From an uncultured Gammaproteobacteria bacterium (GTDB lineage Bacteria > Patescibacteriota > Microgenomatia > Levybacterales > GWA1-39-11): a stretch of 63,415 bases of DNA. Below, in pieces: positions 62,445 to 63,415 of this stretch. Under the pieces are notes generated by a model. The model was not told where the DNA came from. It worked only from the letters and a program-made list of their open reading frames with translations, and made no database searches. A program made the position numbers and the translations under genes. Numbering within the stretch: position 1 is the stretch's first letter; each line of letters opens with the position of its first letter. The stretch spans positions 1 through 63,415 of the forward strand of contig CAZXFJ010000003.1 of the NCBI GenBank assembly GCA_964640435.1, read 5' to 3'.

Positions 62445-63415
62445 ATGAGATTAGCTTCGTTTAGAATTAGAAATTTTAAATCTATCATAGACAGTGGTGA
62501 ATGTCATTTATCCGACAAAGACAATATCTTAATTTTAGCTGGACAAAATGAAGCTGGAAAGAGCGCTATCATTGAAGCTCTTGATTTCTTCAGGAACGGT
62601 CCAACAGAAAGCTTCGAGAAGCTTTTCAGAAGGCAAAGGTTAAATCCACAGGTTGATTGTTGTTTTAAACTAGAAAAATATGACCTCGAAAATATTGATA
62701 CTGAATCGGATAGTGACAAAAAATTGGTTGATTACTTAACAAAAAATCCTATACTCAATTTTCGTAGGGGTGATGTAGATAAAAATGAGTTTGCAGAATT
62801 TAAACTTACAGATGAAGAAAGAGAAAAATTAAATAAGTTCTTTCCAGAATCACCACCTCCACCAACATTAAGTACACCTCCTGAGGGTGAGAACCCTACG
62901 GAACCAGCAGTAACAGATCAAGCTACAGCGGTTCCCTCAGCGGAATCAAGTTTTTCTTTAGACGATTTGGAGGATTTTCTGATTGCTGAAGCGAGGAAGT
63001 TCATATTTTATGACTCTTTCTCTGACTTACTACCCGGCGAAGTAACGATTGATGACATACCCAATCATCCAGCAGTATTGGATTTTCAAAAAGTATTTAA
63101 CGCAGATTTTGCAAAAATAATAAAAATGGATTCGCGCGCGATAAAAAGAGAAGAAATCAGAATTAATCAAGAAGCCAGTGATAATCTAAACCAATATTGG
63201 AATCAAAAGCTTGAAGATGGTGGAAAATATAATTTTGTTGTGAAAATCGTGCCATTACCTGCTGTAGAAGGCGATGCTCCTAAATCAATAGAAGCTGTAT
63301 CAAGAGTTGAATTTTATATCGAACGAGACGATCAAGATCCTCTTTATCTTGAACAAAAGAGTAAAGGTTTTAGATGGTTTAGTTCATTTAATCTCCGGTT
63401 GAGAGCTTTGGGAGT
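62445..63415 (+). CDS. ABC/SMC-like (AAA_15/OLD-family-like) ATPase, 5' partial; the ORF runs off the window and is absent from the ORF track
   Basis: My translation is MRLASFRIRNFKSIIDSGECHL..ILAGQNEAGKSAIIEALDFF (Walker A), then a Pro-rich insert, then EQKSKGFRWFSSFNLRL (an ABC-signature-like motif). The frame is open for 323 codons to the window end. Confidence 0.7.
   Translation, partial: MRLASFRIRNFKSIIDSGECHLSDKDNILILAGQNEAGKSAIIEALDFFRNGPTESFEKLFRRQRLNPQVDCCFKLEKYDLENIDTESDSDKKLVDYLTKNPILNFRRGDVDKNEFAEFKLTDEEREKLNKFFPESPPPPTLSTPPEGENPTEPAVTDQATAVPSAESSFSLDDLEDFLIAEARKFIFYDSFSDLLPGEVTIDDIPNHPAVLDFQKVFNADFAKIIKMDSRAIKREEIRINQEASDNLNQYWNQKLEDGGKYNFVVKIVPLPAVEGDAPKSIEAVSRVEFYIERDDQDPLYLEQKSKGFRWFSSFNLRLRALG

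Noticed and set aside
1-63415. Alternative genetic code (UGA recoding, as in Gracilibacteria/Absconditabacteria)
   Set aside because: Long, motif-complete ORFs terminate at TGA where expected, for example the rmlB and rmlD ATGA overlaps. No conserved domain is interrupted by in-frame TGA, so the standard bacterial code fits.
62445-63415. Partial ATPase as RecF, RecN or SbcC
   Set aside because: The N-terminal FRIRNFKSI..GxNxxGKS motif is shared with those families. However, the Pro-rich insert, the KSKGFRWFSSF signature-like motif and the XRE/nuclease neighbourhood fit OLD/AAA_15-type defense ATPases better. This cannot be fully excluded without the C-terminus, so it is also flagged in the findings.

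Overview
This is an AT-rich, very gene-dense bacterial window. I call about 75 protein genes and one tRNA, and I saw no rRNA, CRISPR array, transposase or integrase. Several traits fit a Patescibacteria/CPR-like (Microgenomates-like) reduced genome, though this is inference from reading, not a search. These traits are a half-size TsaB, a CBS-less IMPDH, an archaeal-type AspRS, a short GluRS, many membrane-anchored surface proteins with Pro/Thr linkers, and paralogous GT-C glycosyltransferases. Layout of the window, left to right:
- 52-3049: ftsE-ftsX plus a coiled-coil cysteine-peptidase-like hydrolase.
- 3957-5262: t6A genes tsaE-tsaC and a truncated tsaB.
- 6459-16163: a large nucleotide-sugar and polyprenyl-phosphate glycosylation cluster (rmlA/B/D-like, ugd, uxs, gmd, rmd-like, a GT2-GtrA fusion and a GT-C enzyme).
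- 19256-21503: secDF.
- 23243-35283: CCA enzyme, recJ, aspS, a D,D-carboxypeptidase, gltX, dgkA, guaA and guaB.
- 36147-37652: otsA.
- 44802-48055: an NHEJ pair (ligD-ku).
- 51153-51223: tRNA-Gln, sitting 9 nt upstream of a SpoU methyltransferase.
- 52310-59630: an MgtC-like protein, a DUF2975 x2 plus HTH module, and lon.
- 61100-63415: a defense-island-like cluster (DUF2726, a mini-PLD nuclease, XRE, and an ABC/OLD-like ATPase that runs off the window).
The signals most worth a second look are:
1. A three-hairpin attenuator or sRNA-like leader with a 13-codon ORF at 26579-26720 on the minus strand.
2. A recurrent pattern of consensus or TGn-extended -10 boxes 6-11 nt upstream of start codons, implying leaderless mRNAs.
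3. The FtsEX-linked C39-like hydrolase.
4. The Ppm1-like/PMT-like pair together with many PT-linker proteins.
5. The nuclease/ATPase cluster at the edge of the window.
All family names come from motif recognition by eye and need HMM or structure searches to confirm.
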